DNA of 52,920 nt from Priapulus caudatus (Eukaryota), in NCBI RefSeq assembly GCF_000485595.1, contig NW_014577067.1:374564-427483 (forward strand), in the 5' to 3' direction. The notes beneath the pieces are model-generated. The model made no database searches and was not told the DNA's origin. It saw nothing but the letters and a program-made list of their open reading frames with translations. Of the stretch, positions 12,811 to 28,181 are shown one piece after another (within the stretch, counting starts at the first letter, position 1; every line of letters starts with the position of its first letter). A program made the position numbers and the translations under genes.

Positions 12811-15800
12811 TCACCTCTTCGAGAGCTTCAGCACGATACGACCACTGTTCCTCGCCTCCCGCGCAGCCACCGTCCACTCGGGGTCATCGGGGTCGTCGTC
12901 GTCGTCGCCGTAGTCGGAGGACTGCGGGGATGGCGACGTGGGTCTGGACACGCGCGGCGTGCCACCGTCCCACAGGCGCACAGGCTCCACCGCCGCACAC
13001 TTGAAATCTGCAACGAAAAAAAGGTTGTAACGCATGTAATGTCTTCGCTATATCGCAAAATTGGCATATGAATCATAGATCAGCTTATGTGTTGAGGATA
13101 CGATACTGTATTTGTGCTTCCACCTATCGAATGTTCATATTCAACTTTCTATGCTATAACTGCATAAAATCTTAGTGTTTTTCAAGTTGGTGTAATTAGT
13201 GATATATCCACTGCGAGGTGAGTCTATATTTCGCTATATTTTTTCGAATTGAGCGCTTCCGAGCAATAATCTCGTAATAAAAACTTTAACACAGATGGAT
13301 AAAAACTAACTATATATAACTAATGCTGAAAATTAAAATGCAATGAACCATGGACTAGTATTATATATACTACATAACAACCACATCGTGTATCCAAGCC
13401 AACAACTGCGGTTAATATTTTAAACAATATTTTTTGTTTAACACAGTCCCACTTATGAAATCACTCGAGAATACGGATAATGATTCTTAGTTAATATTTC
13501 CCAATCCACTATATGGAAGCACTGGTTAGACATGCAACAGCTGCGAAACATTTACACACGGATTAAATGATGTTGGAATGGCACGCAAGGAATGCAGACA
13601 AAAAATGTAATATTTTGCGACAAACTACAGTCTTCGTATGCAGCCAAAGAAATCATGTGCACAGACAGCAGAGACAGAACCATATTTAGGAGGCTCGACG
13701 TTCCCCATTCACACTTGAAAAAGAACTGCGTCATATCGAAAAGGCTGCACCCCACACACTAACCCGCGTTCATCGCCCCCCCCCTCCCCCCTCCGCAGAC
13801 GACCCACCGTTACGCGGTGAATAGAAACTGCGACGCAACCAGTGTCATGCTGCTTGTGTTTACGCAGCGAAGGATCTCACGAAATTCTGCGCGTAGGTGG
13901 CGCTATTGGGCGCACGACGGCGACGCGAGGGACACGTACCGGTGACGGCGGCGGGCTGCTGCGTCGGCGTTGGCGGCTCCTTCTCAATCTCCAGCACCTC
14001 GGCGTCGGAGAGCGGGAACTGGCGCGCATCGTACGGCGCCACCGTCGGGTACGTGTACAGCGACGTGTCTACGCAGAGGGCGCTGCCACCACTGCCGCTC
14101 TCCGAGCCGTCCTCACACAGCGACGTGCGCAGGCTCTCCCGCCGGACGAATGAGCCGCTGTTGCGACGCACGGCGACGGCCGCGTCGTCATGGTGGATAA
14201 TCTGTCGGACACACACAAACAAACTGTTGCGAGATCATGCTTTAGATTCAACGAACGTCTCTGTACGAGTAAGGGGGTCTGGGTAAGCCATGCCTCCTCG
14301 GATGCTATCGTTAGGTTAGTCAAGTAAACAAAGTTTCTAAGTGTTGTGCCTGCCAAACTGTCTGCATAGTGGTGCGTCATTGCTAAGCATTGTTTTTAGA
14401 ACTTTCTATCGCAATGCAAACCAGGTAGAGACGTCTATCAATCAGACCAGACTGATGGAGTAACTATGATGCTGCTGAAAATATTACTAAAATGAGATCC
14501 AATATACTGCAATGTAATGGTCTGAGTGAATGGCCTATAAATGTGCTCATGGCACCTGTTAGTTCTGAGATGCGTAAAAGCAGTGCTCACAAACGAATCA
14601 AAGAATCTCTATTAGCTTTCTGGCTATTTACGAAATGGTGAGTGATTTATGGATTTATTTAGTGCTATAGCCATCTTTGGCTACTGTACGCTAGCCATGT
14701 ACATTATATAGGATATGTTATATTGAAATTTATTTTGGTTGTATGTTATATAGGAATTTTTAACCAGTTTTTGTTATTTGTTCTAGCCTTAGTCAATGAA
14801 CTGCTACTCTTCACATATCAGTATCAAGTACATTTCACCCATGACGGGTAAGGTTATATAAATAGAAAACAGGTCACGATAGTTGGAAAACATTCTCACT
14901 GGGCCGATCCTACGTTCTCAAAAAAACCTTTACCATTGACTGGAAAGCACACTTTCAGACAGCAACAAAAAACATGAACGACAAAAGGAGTAGGGGGGTG
15001 CATTCACGTCTCATCTCCAACCTCAAATAAAGAATGAACGGAGGATGGAATCGACAAATGGTGCACAAATTGACACTGGATATAAATACAATTGTCTGCA
15101 ACTCCCATTTGTCAAGATTTTCGTATCCAGGAATGCAGGTCAACAACAATTACTATAAATAAACCTTCAGTTCAATCAATACAAGCATAATTAGATAACA
15201 ATAATAATGGCATATTGGCAGCCTGCAGGGCACCACGTCCAGGCTACAATCATTTCCTACATTAGGATTCTCTTTGAGTTAACCTACACTGACAGAGTTG
15301 ACACAAATAGTTGCTAGAACTGCAATGTTTACGATGAATGTTTTTTTATATATACCAATTTGGCACCATTTTGGTAATCTACCAGTCTATTGGAGTGATT
15401 TGAATGCATTTGGTATTTTGAGGTCATCAGCATTGCAATAGGAATTTTTAAAACCTTGCCTATTAAAAGAATTATTTCAAAATCATTGCTTATAAATGCA
15501 CAATCTAAAAAATATAGCAAAATATAGTCTGATCTAATAGGGGATATATTACTTATTACACCAACCTGAAAACCCCCAAGAACTTATGCTGCTATAGGAT
15601 AGAAAATTGGAATTTAACATGATCTAACACCATGGCATATTTGATTATAGCGACAACAAAATTGCAGATGGTTGCTTCAAAACAAATGCACCTATTCCTA
15701 ATAATGAAAGTGTCAGTGACACTGTAGCTCACCTTGGGTGTGATAGAAGAGGGAGGAAGAATCTATAAAGCAAGATTATACATGGGAGAACTCCCATTAT

Positions 15801-18800
15801 ATAGCATATCTCCCATTATATATACTCTTGATAATGATATAGGCATAAGTTTTGATGCGAAAATAAATGTTTCAGATCTGAAAGTCTGAAATCTTGACGA
15901 GAGATGGCGCTACGCCTAAATGATCGCGATTTTGGTTTTCGAATATCGCGCAAATAAAAACAATAAAATATTCCAGTCAAATTACTGTAACGGAGAATCT
16001 AAAACACAATATTACACGTATATAGGTACGATTGTAGAGTTGTTGACCAGTTAGACGAATATAAACGTAATAGGACGTTGTCATCTCTCCCATAGGAGTA
16101 ACAACTGTTTTGGGGCTAGCCTTACACTTCACATACCAAAATTTAACAAAATCGAATGAATTTAGATGGCCATTTCAGGGGTAGAAATTTACTTTTGAAC
16201 AAGGGAGTCCGACGGACTCCCTGCCCTCAAAATGAGGGAGTCCGTAGTGTGAAGTTCATAATTAAATATTTGCTGAAAAAATATGGTAATTCCGCGGGGC
16301 GGTGCTCCGGAACGAACTAGTTTGTATAGCAGAATTTTCAGGGAGTCACACGGACTCCTGCATATGTCAAATCAGGGAGTCCGCTCTGGAATGAACTAGT
16401 TTGTATAGCAGAATTTTCAGGGAGTCACACGGACTCCTGCATATGTCAAATCAGGGAGTCCGACAGTAAATCAGGTATAGTAATTGACTCCGGACTCCCG
16501 TTAATTTCGCACCCTGACATTTCCATTTTTGCCAAAAAGTGGACGTGGCTCGAAAGTAGGTCGACTGGCGTGCTCCAAAATAGGACGTTCAAACCTCTCC
16601 CATAGAAGTAACAACTGCATGCAATTTGAAACATGTGGGTCAAACGGTTCTTGAGTTATCGTTGACCGTAGGCAGACACTGAAATGCATAGTGAAATTGA
16701 CAAAATCTACCTAATTTGCATAATTTAAAAAAATATCAAAACCTGTGTGATATGTTTTGGGGCCAGTCCTCATTCACTCACATACCAGAAATGAGCAAAA
16801 CCCATTGAACCTGAACTGACCATTTCCATTTTTGCCAAAAAGTGGACGTGGCTCGAATGTAGGTCAACTGGGTGCTCCAAAATAGGATGTTTCAAACCTC
16901 TCTCATAGGAGTAACAACTATATGCAATTTGAAACATGTGGGACAAACGGTTCTTGAGTTATCGTTAATGTTGACGGACGGACGGACGTACGACGGACGA
17001 CACCCCATGGCAATAGCTCATCTTGACGATGTCAAGGCGAGCTAAAAACGAAAGGGCATATGATTCTGTGTAGTGTACTCTGCGTTTTTTAAATTGGCCG
17101 ATGTCAGGTGATCGCAAGAAAGTTTGAGATTCACAAGAAATGGTGGTGGAAATCAAAACGAGTAAGCAAAACTCGAAACGTGCATGTTTTGGTGAATATA
17201 GCTAAGTACGAAGGTTCTGAGACACGTTAGTGTTATTCTAGACAGCTGCTGTTACTCATGCAATAACAGTAACTAAGTATAGTAAAAGTGGGGAAAACAC
17301 GAGACCGGTCGGAAATCCTTTTTGAAATCCTTGCTTTAACAAAGTCAACAATCGTCCGCGCGTGAAAACCACACACAAACCGGTCTGGCTTGACCGATGT
17401 AGCAACAATACCTAAGGGGGCGTGGTTTCTGATCACAGGTTCGCGTCGGGCAAAATTCACTCGCTCGAAAATCAGACACGTTTCAGGCAATACGGCAGTC
17501 GCGACTCCAGACACGCGATTTCAGAATGAGGCTACTACAGGCATGAGAACAGGTTGAGATGTTTTGGAGGAAATATTGCACACTGTCGTGCTACTTTTTG
17601 AAATTTGGAAGGGCAGATAGGCCATTTCCATGCATTCTGGGGTCCATTCTGTTCTTAATAAATGACCTATTTCGTGACTAACAATTCAGACATCATTTTC
17701 TATGAAAATTTCAATGTTTTATGTGGCGGTTAACTTAAAGCCTGCCTTAATTTACATTACATAGATACACCGCAATATTTACTGGAGTTCCGTTACTTCT
17801 GTGTGAAATTAGACATACTTTTCCTGACTTTTTATGAAGTTTAAATTAACAAGAGCCGCAGAGCGACTGGGCTCATCTGAGGTCTGTTGCTACGGTTATA
17901 AACTCAAAATTTCAGTCGTGATAGTGACACCTTTGTTAGGCGCAGATATGTTCGCATAATTATATGCGCTGAAACATGGTGATGGTATACGTAACCTTCG
18001 TGAATTGGGTGGAGTACCATAGACATTTTCTACGAAATCAGGCGTGTACGTAGCTACCATAACGCAGATACGCAGTTGCGTACACATCATTTCACCAATG
18101 AATGACTATTAGATATAAATGTTATATATATAGATATAAACGTTACTTGGATATGCGAGTAGCCCGAGGCAGTGAGGGCGTAGCCAGCATGTCGTAAACA
18201 AAACGCAGCGACACATGGCACCAACGAAATCATTTAACTTCGATAGATGGATTTATTTCTTACGTAGTATAGATATTTTCTTGTGTTACAACACACTGTA
18301 CTTGCCTGTATAAACATCAATTATCTTTGCAATAAATTTTATTTGAATTTGAATTTGATTTTGAATGCGTGCGAGTACTAGATCTACTATCATCCCTGCA
18401 CATTCTTTTAAGTTTGTCCCGATAGATGGGGGGCCGTTATCAAAAACATACCGTATCGTGCAATGCAGGACTAGACGGGTCCCTGCCGTCGACTCCACTC
18501 ACTATGCTCGCTCTGCCAGGCCCAGCGAGGCCTAAGCCGAGAGGTGGGATCGAGTACATTTTCAGCACATATCAGCGGCCACAAAAAGCCAGTCAGTGCG
18601 AGAGTGCGAATGTATTCGTACACTAAAGAATCTCATATATAATTATTGTTTAAGTAAGTCAACGTTGTTCAAGTAAGAGTTATGTGTGGAATTTCTAGTG
18701 TTGGAGATCGGTCAAAATTTCATGATCGATCATCGGTTTTACAAAACGACCGATGATCGATTAATCATCGATCATTTTAGATTGCGGCAACGACGCGGTG

Positions 18801-21800
18801 ACGCCGCGTCATCGTCGACACATCCGTCGTTAACCATAAGTTGTTTATAATATGAACAAAAAAGGGTCCCTGGAATTTTTTTTAAATGCTTTAATTTAGG
18901 AAATAAGTTGAAAAGATGTAGGAAAATTTAGGATTAGGCTTGGTTTTCAGGAAACAGTCGCTTAGTTCCTTGAAAATTTTCACTGCACCGTTTTTACTAG
19001 TATATGTGTAAATGTATGTACTTGTGACAAATCTGGAAATTAAAAAAAAAAGAAAAGAAAAAAGTTCGAGTTGTACTCGGTCGTCCGATTTTCTACTCGA
19101 TTAATCAACTCGGCAGCCCAAACGAGTAATGATCGACGAACTCGATTAATCAGAACACCACTAGGAATTTCACTGTAAAATGTGAGCCTTGCACAACCAC
19201 AGGTACTGGCAAACGCAGCAGCGTATGCAGTATACAAATCCTTCAAAGGTTAAATGCTTATAATAGTATACCGGTAGACCTACCGTGAGATCGTCTGTTG
19301 CAAAAATACACTAGAAATCCTTCAAAGGTGAAATGATTATATTATATATAGACCTACTGTGAGCTCGTCTGTTGCAAAAATTCACTAGAACTTATTTGTA
19401 TTGCTACTTTCATAACATTTCTTCTCAAAATCTAAACGAAGATACAGCTGTTTAACTTTAATCAATTCGCTATATTAACATGTTATCATGGAAATGCATC
19501 GAGCGCGAGCGTAGTGGTGGTGGTGGGGGGCGGGGGTAGGGGGTACAGGGAAGGTTGGGGGAGAGTTAGGGGCGGGTGGAGGGGGCTCTACTAGCAAAAG
19601 CAGTTCAGTCCTTTGTTGACAGTCAACAAATCCATGTCTAACCCTCCCTTTGAAGGTCAAAAGGTTATTAGACACTTACTCTTCGCACGTCAGTGGAAAG
19701 TACATTTCATGGTCCTTTCAATAAAGTGATAAAAAATGGTAGGTCAGCACTGGAACAAAAAAGTTTTCCACTGGGTCTGTTAGACCATGTCCTCAGAAAA
19801 TGATATCTTACCTTTCCCCCCTGCCCTTTGACATGTGACCTCCAATTTCGCTCTGGTGATGGGTTTCCTGCCCATCACACTATATTAAGAGCATAGGTCG
19901 AGCCGTTCAGATTTGTGCCGCAATTCTGTATTTCCTCCTATACCTTAAGTTAAGGGGGGAAATATCCCTCCGTTGACACATCTTGACCTTTGACCCACAA
20001 ATTGATCATTCCAGGTACTTTTCACGATCCCCCCCCCCCCCCCCGACATCCCGAATATCGTGACCGTAAGTCGAGCGGTTAAGATTTGTGCCGAACTGTT
20101 GACGGACACACGGACGGACGCTAATGCGATTCTACAAGCTGCATCTGACTTCGTCAGATGAGCTAAAAATGGTGTCCATTTTGACAAAAAACGTACACCT
20201 TACCCCCTAAACTTTTTATTGCATCAATCTCAAGTATGACTAAAATGAAAACCAAAACCCGGAAATCCGCGAATCCGCAGAAAATTCTCATGCCTGCTAC
20301 AACCCCCGCGACGGCAGGGAGCAGAAGACGCCCACCAGGGGTCTCTCACCTTCAGCACTGGCGTGGTCGGCGGCGAGATCACCGCCGAGATGACGGGCGA
20401 GTACGCGGCGGGCGACTCGGCGTGGGACGGCGCCGCCGACGGAGTCCGGCGACGCGGGCGGGGTCAAGGCGCCGCTCTCGCTGCGCTGCGACGAACGCGA
20501 GCGACCCATCAGCTGCGCCGGCGTCACGTACGTCATGAACTTCTTCTTCTCGTCGACCTCGCAGCGCATGTGCCGCACGGCGATCAACTCGTCCGATATG
20601 TCCTCCCACTGCGGGAGCGGCAAAGAGGAGACAACGTCAACGCGGCCGTCGTTGTGCTCGTGCGCTGCTTGCGATTTATCTAACCGCTAATTGACCGCGG
20701 CGAGCAGTTTACGGAGCGAAGACGCTGCTATGTAGCCAATATTACAGGAGAAAACTGTCACTACGTAAGCATTACACGAGATGGTGTTATGCAGCCAGAT
20801 ATTGTACGAGACAGATGCTACTATATAACCAGATATGACATGAGACAGATGCTACTATATAGCCAGCTATTACGTGAGACAGATGCCTGTGTGACGCTGC
20901 TAGGTAGGTAGTGTTGTCAATCGGTTGTAATTTCGTAATCGATCATCAGTTCGACCCAAGTAACCGATGATCGGTTACAATGCGTTACTCGTGGTGTGAA
21001 TGCCTGCGTGGCGTAACGTCGTTTGCATGTATTGCGTAACGTCGTGTGCATGTATGTGGTTGTTTAGTCCTGTTTACTGTTTGTTTTGCACTGTTTACTA
21101 CTGTGTGTATAATACATGTATGTTAATAAAGGATAACTTGTATAGTAGCGATGATATCTCTGATTCTCATCACTTTTCCAAGTTTTACATTTATTTCGAT
21201 TCCCCCCCCCCGATGAAACGATTTATGGATTTTTGATAACCAAAGCGCTTTGTTCGAGCCACTGTTCAACCGATGATCAAGTATAATCGATGATCGTGAC
21301 ATCACTATAGGTAGGCAATGCAAACTTACATCTGGCTCATCATCTCCAGCATCTCCCGAACCTACGTGGTTTACAAGCCCGTTCGACCCAGTAGACATCT
21401 TCCTGGCCTTTGGTAAGGGGACAGGTGGTACCTCATCCTCCACGACACGCCACCTGAAGGAAACACGTATGGCGATGCACCACATCATAGAAATAAGTTT
21501 TCAATGGACAACGACAACAACAGAACCAGCAACAATTATCTACAAGAATCATAACAACAAGCGGCTACCTCCAGGTAACACACACTTAGAAATTCCCAAT
21601 AGAGCAAGTGGAAGGGAATATTTGCTTGCCTGTCAACAGATGAAAGTACACCTACAAGCGTGGCTATTTTGAGATGTAATTAACAGAGAACTGACAATAC
21701 TGGATTTTTTTTTGCTCTAACGTTCAAATTACATGTGTGACGTACACACGTACACGAGATGAAGTCAATAAAATGCACATGGCATAAAAGAGAGAACAGC

Positions 21801-24800
21801 CAAGTGAGCCTTAGACAGGAACTGTGCTGCTGTTGCATGACTGATATAGACATGACTGCGTAATGTATATGACTACTAGAAGTGTGATAAAAGATACCAG
21901 ATGTTGGACATATAAACAAATTTTGAGCCAACGTTGTAGTCATATCATTGGTGCACATATAATAAACTTACAATGTGCTCTTAGGCAGAATTATGGTCTA
22001 CTACTGTAGCTGTCAGCTCACCCCTAGCAGCTAACTTGGGTGAAAAATCTCTTATCTCCCTGATTATCATTTCACTTGCTGCAGCGACTGCAGTCGGGCA
22101 ACTGTGTGTGCCAAACAGGTACCCACATAATCAATGCAGTAGATGCATGTGCGAATAGGGGTGTCAGTGTGATGCGGGACGCCAACCCATGCAGGCCATG
22201 CGCTAGACCAGGTGTTCTTAACCTGTGGTCCATGGACCCCTTTGGGGTTCGCGGATGGGCTTCAGGGTGTCCGTGAACGTCGTGAACCAGGCGCATGCAA
22301 AATTATTGTGTTTATGTGCTTATGTGCATTTTTCTGGGGAGGGGTTTGTAGATTTCACCAGATTCTTAAAGACGTCCATGACTCAAAAAGAGGTTAAGAA
22401 CCACTGTGCTAGACGGTTTTATACTTGTACCCGAACCTGCCGACATTCGCCTTGTTTTGCCCACTTACTTTGGAGTGATGATTTCCTTGTACTGAAGCTT
22501 CATGATGCGTGCCGACGCCGCCATGCTCTCTGGAATGACTATGTTGTTGATATCAAACGCGTTCTCGGACTTTCGGAACGGTCGACGAAGCAGGTCCTTC
22601 CCGCCCTCCAGCTTCCCGTGCGAGTGGCCAGCGACGACGTCGGACAGCATCGCGGAGCCGGGCGGCGACGGCGACATCATCGCGTTGCCGTACGCGTCAT
22701 TCGGGAAACACATGGCGCGCTGCTTCTCCTGCTTCTTCATGGCGGCGAGCGCCAGCCGCGCGGCCTTCCGCTGCTTGCGACTCTCGCGCAGCTCGGACTT
22801 GCACAGCCGACTGTTGCGGCCGGAGTTCTTCAGCGCCGCCGCCGCGGTGGACGGCAACGACAGGGTCTGCAGCCTCCCACGCTTGCCGTTGTTCTCGACG
22901 AGCTTGTTGCGCAGCTCTGCCACGAGAGATGCAAGATGCGTTTTGCGTTACGATTCGGTTATGCTCAGGGATCGAGTGACCACAGCGCCGCTCAACTAGC
23001 TGCATTAAAATCATCGATGCAGTGAGATGATAGCCAGGGCTACCGCTGTCGTTCGCCACCTTCGCAAGTTGCGATAAATAAATAACAGTGGCGATTTTAC
23101 TACACTAAGTGGCGAATACAAATGGCAATGGTTCAACTGCTCACAAAATTACGCTTGTATAATAAAATCGTCAAACTTCAGTGTCGTATCGTAAAATGTT
23201 TCCGTGCACTTCTTTTCCCATACCCACCACCTGTTTATGCCTTGCCTAGCACATGCGATGAAGTGAACTGTGGCTATAGTTTTTCACTGGTGGCTCAGTC
23301 TTTGCTCAAACTTTAGAACATCCAGAGGGAGCCCTAATAGCAGTAGCTATTTTATTGAGCAGACTTTGCTTTATCTGTTATTCTCTTCTAATAAAATCAT
23401 ACTATTTAGGGGTCCTAGTCATAGCATTCTACCCTAAATCGAATTTGCTCTAAAGTCTAGGACAGTCCATACCCTAAACTAAACTCTCATACATATCAAA
23501 CGTCAAAAGAATGAAAGTACACAATAACATTTCTCTCGTATATACTGAGAACTTAAATTTCATTTAAAACTTAATTATCTCTCAAATTGTAAAGAACAGT
23601 CAAGAAAATATGGTTACGGTTGGAAAAAAAACATGAGAAATCCTTGCTTTGAACCGGGAATTATCATAAAAACCTCGCCATTAAACAATAGCTGATGGAG
23701 AATCAAAACAAACATTCACAATGGCATCTACCGACATTCTTATTTTTCAATGTATCAGCCTGACCACGATTTTTCTTAGCAAACCTCTCATAAATATGCA
23801 ATTGTCATTCATCCTAATAGAAATCTTAGGACAGCAATTACAAACTTCCATTTGCCTGCAAACAACTGCAATTCTAAGGTTTTTACACAAATAGAAGGAT
23901 TCTGACACACTAGTTCTAAATTTCAAGTGTTGTCCTAGCAGTCTCCACTTTTGCCTCAACGTTAGTATCGTTAGTCACTAACCAATAAAAAGGACAAACT
24001 TTACTACACAAATTTTGACACGCAGATGGCTGACCTATCCCCTTGCGCGTACCGCACAAGCACCCTCCATATGGTACGAACACCTACAGTGCACATCACA
24101 TAAATCGACTAAGCCGGCACACCCACCGCACAAGCTATGTACAGTAACACTCCCAGCAATGAGACTACAGTGTACTTACTAGCATTAGACAGTAAAAACG
24201 CTGCTGCATTTTTCAACTTCAACCGTTTGATCCTCTGTTCCGCGTGGTTCTTCAGCCTCCGTCTGAAAGCCCATGCATAAAAGCTGCTGATGAAACTTGA
24301 TAAAGAGAAGAATAACTTGCTGCTTCTCCGATTACAACATTTTGGTAACCAAGAGAAGAACATGGATGCACAGCCAGTGTTCTTCCCCTGAAAATGGTTT
24401 TTAAGCTTGGCAATGTCTAATATTATACAGGCTAGCTGTCTACAACGTCTCATAATGCATCGAGGATACACAGCATCAAGGTGATTTGTAAAGATGCTCA
24501 TAGCAGAAATGGAAAAAAGATGAAATTTTCTAGTGGGTAAAGGCAACTTTTAATAATGCTAAGCTTGATAACATAAACATTAGTTGCCTCAAATAGACCT
24601 TAGACCTTAAAGCCCCCTCCTTATGTACTAAAGCATAAGAAATGCCACTTGCAACATCTATTCATACGCTTGGTACAAGAATACCTGGAACTATATATCC
24701 AATTTATCTCCTATAATACTTAAAATTTCATTACATCCGTTTTTCAGATTGTAATATCATTAGAGTTTGTAAGACAAAATCATGTAACAAATCTCTTGTC

Positions 24801-26862
24801 TAATAATGATAATTAGGTTTCCTGCAGCATTCCCTATTCAACAACCTGTTCATTGGTATAAACCCACGCCTGCTCTTAGTAATGACATGCCGTATCAAAT
24901 TGTCATTTCCATGCTCTAACTGTAAGTTAATTGCCTACTAGGCAAGAAGATTTAATGATTTCACTTTCACTGACAGTTTCTTTGCTATGAGAAAATTCTT
25001 ACTTTTTGTATGTTGTTGATGATGATGACGATGATGATGATGGGCCAAGTGTCTGCTTAGGGGATGCCTTTGTTTGCCAGTCTCCTGTCTTGAGCAGGGA
25101 TTCAAAATGATGCTGGAGTGGTACTTCTAAAAAACAACACCAACTCAGTGTAATATTGTCATTCTATTTTTCTCAAAGCAAAGCAACGCTATCAATTGAC
25201 AAACTTCTCACGAACTTGCCCCTCTCGCACCGCAGTCGAATGAAACTTACCTTGGCAAAATGAAAGGACTTGATGGTGTGAGGGGTCAAGTAGGCCAATT
25301 CTTTCAGGTAGTGACATTGTGTCGGGGTCCAGAGTCTGAACGTTGTTGAAGCGGCCACCGCACATCACGCACGAGGTGATCGGAGCCGCGCAGCCACACT
25401 TCACCGTGGACAAGCGCGCGGCCTTCCGATTGATGTAATGTATGCCGGCCGCCCTCAGCAACTTCCTCTTCCTGTAGCTACGCAGGGGTCTAGTCCTGGC
25501 TGCGCAGGCCGTCACATCATCCTGGCCAGGTGCTACAGCAGGTGTACCGGGTGCCGCTGCCTCCGGTAAACCACCTGTCGTGGAGGTAACGGCAACGCTG
25601 TTTGCACTGCTCTGCGACACGCGAGGCGCCAGCGCTGTACCGCCCGCAGCCTGCTGCTGCCCTGTCCGACTGTCGTCGTCGATATACCCGTTCACAGGCT
25701 TTTGCACGAACCCATCTCTGCGTGCGGCTGCCCTCGAGCTATCACTGCTATGGAGCGGAGACAACTCGTTAGGATGGGCTTCTACGTAACGTTCCATGTT
25801 GGAGATTTTCGTCTCCAGCGGGGACAGCCGACGAGCCGTTCTATTCACGATCCTCGCACGTGCCATAACAGCATCCATCTTCTGGTCACCCAAAACCACA
25901 GGTCCCTTGTTAGCACGGATCTGCTTGTAGATATCATTCTGCTGACGTATGCGGTACTCTAGATCCGACACCTGTGCCTGCAGCCACGTCCATCTGCTGG
26001 CGATTGCCGCTCTGTCTACTGACCATTTCCACGATGCTCTCCGATATCTAATCAACATACAAGCAGGTAAAAAATTACCTCGATGCATTTACATATCATT
26101 AGTGAACGTAAAATCACACCACTTTGCACGTACAGCTCATTACGTTTCTTTTATAACCACCACGGTTATCTAAAAAATCAATGAGAATAGAAATCACAAT
26201 TTTCGTAATGATCTGCGCTCTCTCTGTCTGACGGTCTGTTCACAGCAGCCATGTAATCGCAGACCAACTTTCGTTGTATGCAAATCATTGAGTGTTTGTC
26301 ACGAGTACCATTAAACCATATCAAGTTCTTTTTGAAAAGCATTCACTAAGTACTATCATATTATGGAGTATTTGTTAAAACAGCATTAAATTTAGAAACA
26401 TGCAACCTGTGTGTACGATTTGACGTTACACAGATGCAAAGATGCACTGCTGTGTAGACATGTGCGTACATAAGTACAGACAAGTGTGTACACATCTAAA
26501 CCACTGCCACCCCCTATTACATTCTGCTACTGCTGCGCACAAACTATTCCTGCTGAGAGGAGGCAGTCTAGCTGCCACATCTCAAGCCATGTGACTCAAG
26601 CCCTTCATTAGTCAGTAGGCTGTTGTGTGTGTGTGCTGTACTCTTGTACTCATACAGTAAGCACGCTACGCTAGGGGGGGCTCTACAGGATCTCATCAAT
26701 ACAGCATGCTATTTCACAGGCAGCATGCTGTGAGTGTGAGCTCAGCAAGTACCTACATACATATTCATGTGGACAGAAATCTGTAGTCTATAGAGCAGCT
26801 AGCCTATTATGTTCAACACACATCACTGAACCCACTAGGTCGGTAGGTGTAAAGCAGTCATG

Positions 26863-26901
<39 letters not shown>

Positions 26902-28128
26902 TCATGCAGGCAAGCAGGCAGGCAGGCATTTTAGAATTATAGTACATTAGATCTGGTAATACAAGCTATGGTAGATAGATGCCTAAACTACACGTGACAC
27001 ACGATCACGCACATGTCATAAAAGACACATGACAACATTGCGACATAGGCCCAAGGCATGACCTATTGCACATCCACCTGCCCCGAGGCTAGTAACATAC
27101 TCAGCACAGTGCCATCGTCATTCAACTACAGGATCATCTAACTCACAAGCCCACGTAAACAATCTTTTCCTTTCTTCAAAAAACTAATCATAATGCCCAT
27201 AATTATTGCCTACCTGAGAACAAAAAGATATCATATCAATGCTATGCTCCATCACTAAAATTACTTTCAGACACACGGACTTCTTTGAAACAAAAAATTG
27301 TTGACTCAAAGAAATAACACCATGATGAGAATTTAAAGTTAAACAGTGTCCGATAACAGCCTACTTCGCAACTGCTCAGATATTTACCTAATGCAATCTA
27401 TAATCAGATAAACCTGTTTAATAAATTTGCCAACTCTGACTACATGTACATCCTGTTCCTTCTCATAGACCCATTGTCACCAATATCATACAGTATAATA
27501 GTTGTTAGTTCGTTTGAAGACACTAGAATAATATCACTTCTGCGATAGAATAAGATTATTGCAATTTTTACCAAAAAGAGTAAATTCCGATTTATCTTAG
27601 ATGATAGATCTATGTACTCTTCAACAAAAACTCAATTTTTTTTATATATACATTATTTTAGTTGGCAGCTTGAAGAATGAGTGGCCCAAGTATTACTATT
27701 TTTAAAATTAGTAAAATGAAACTCACATAAATGTAAATATTTGAAAGCACCCCCTAAAAATGCTTGTCTTATAAGCCGTGACATTCATTCTATGCTGTAC
27801 ATAGATTTAACTATGTGATAAGGCAAGGCTCGACACTAACTTTTTTTTTCAGTGGCCCGATCGGGCCACCAAAATCATTGATTTTCAATTTTTGGTGGCC
27901 CGAAAATGTAATCTGGTGGCCCGAAAAAAAACAAAGAAAAACATTATAAATCTTTATTTCAATCTCGTATTGTATATTATTTGAAAATTGGGCCGTCTGA
28001 TGCACTTGCACAAGTCTTTAAACAAACCCCACACACTGACATTGATGATTGAGGCATACATTTGAATTGTCCATTCCACGGCATCAAATTTTCACCAGAA
28101 CCGCTGATTCTGGTTCGCTTGATACAAT

Positions 28129-28181
<53 letters not shown>

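Noticed and set aside
15733..15762. 30-nt KANSL1 microexon ([10 protein letters not shown])
   Set aside because: Its donor is part of a repeat terminus also seen at ~35550; frame-neutral and not required.
22225..23025. 266-aa plus-strand ORF and other GC-rich plus-strand ORFs at 12682, 13897, 20236, 25580, 31071, 31592
   Set aside because: Antisense shadows of GC3-rich KANSL1 exons, partly running into MITEs.
1..26047. Scrambling in the left half of the window
   Set aside because: All ZDHHC3, CFAP95 and downstream KANSL1 exons are collinear and the MITEs there have both ends and TSDs.
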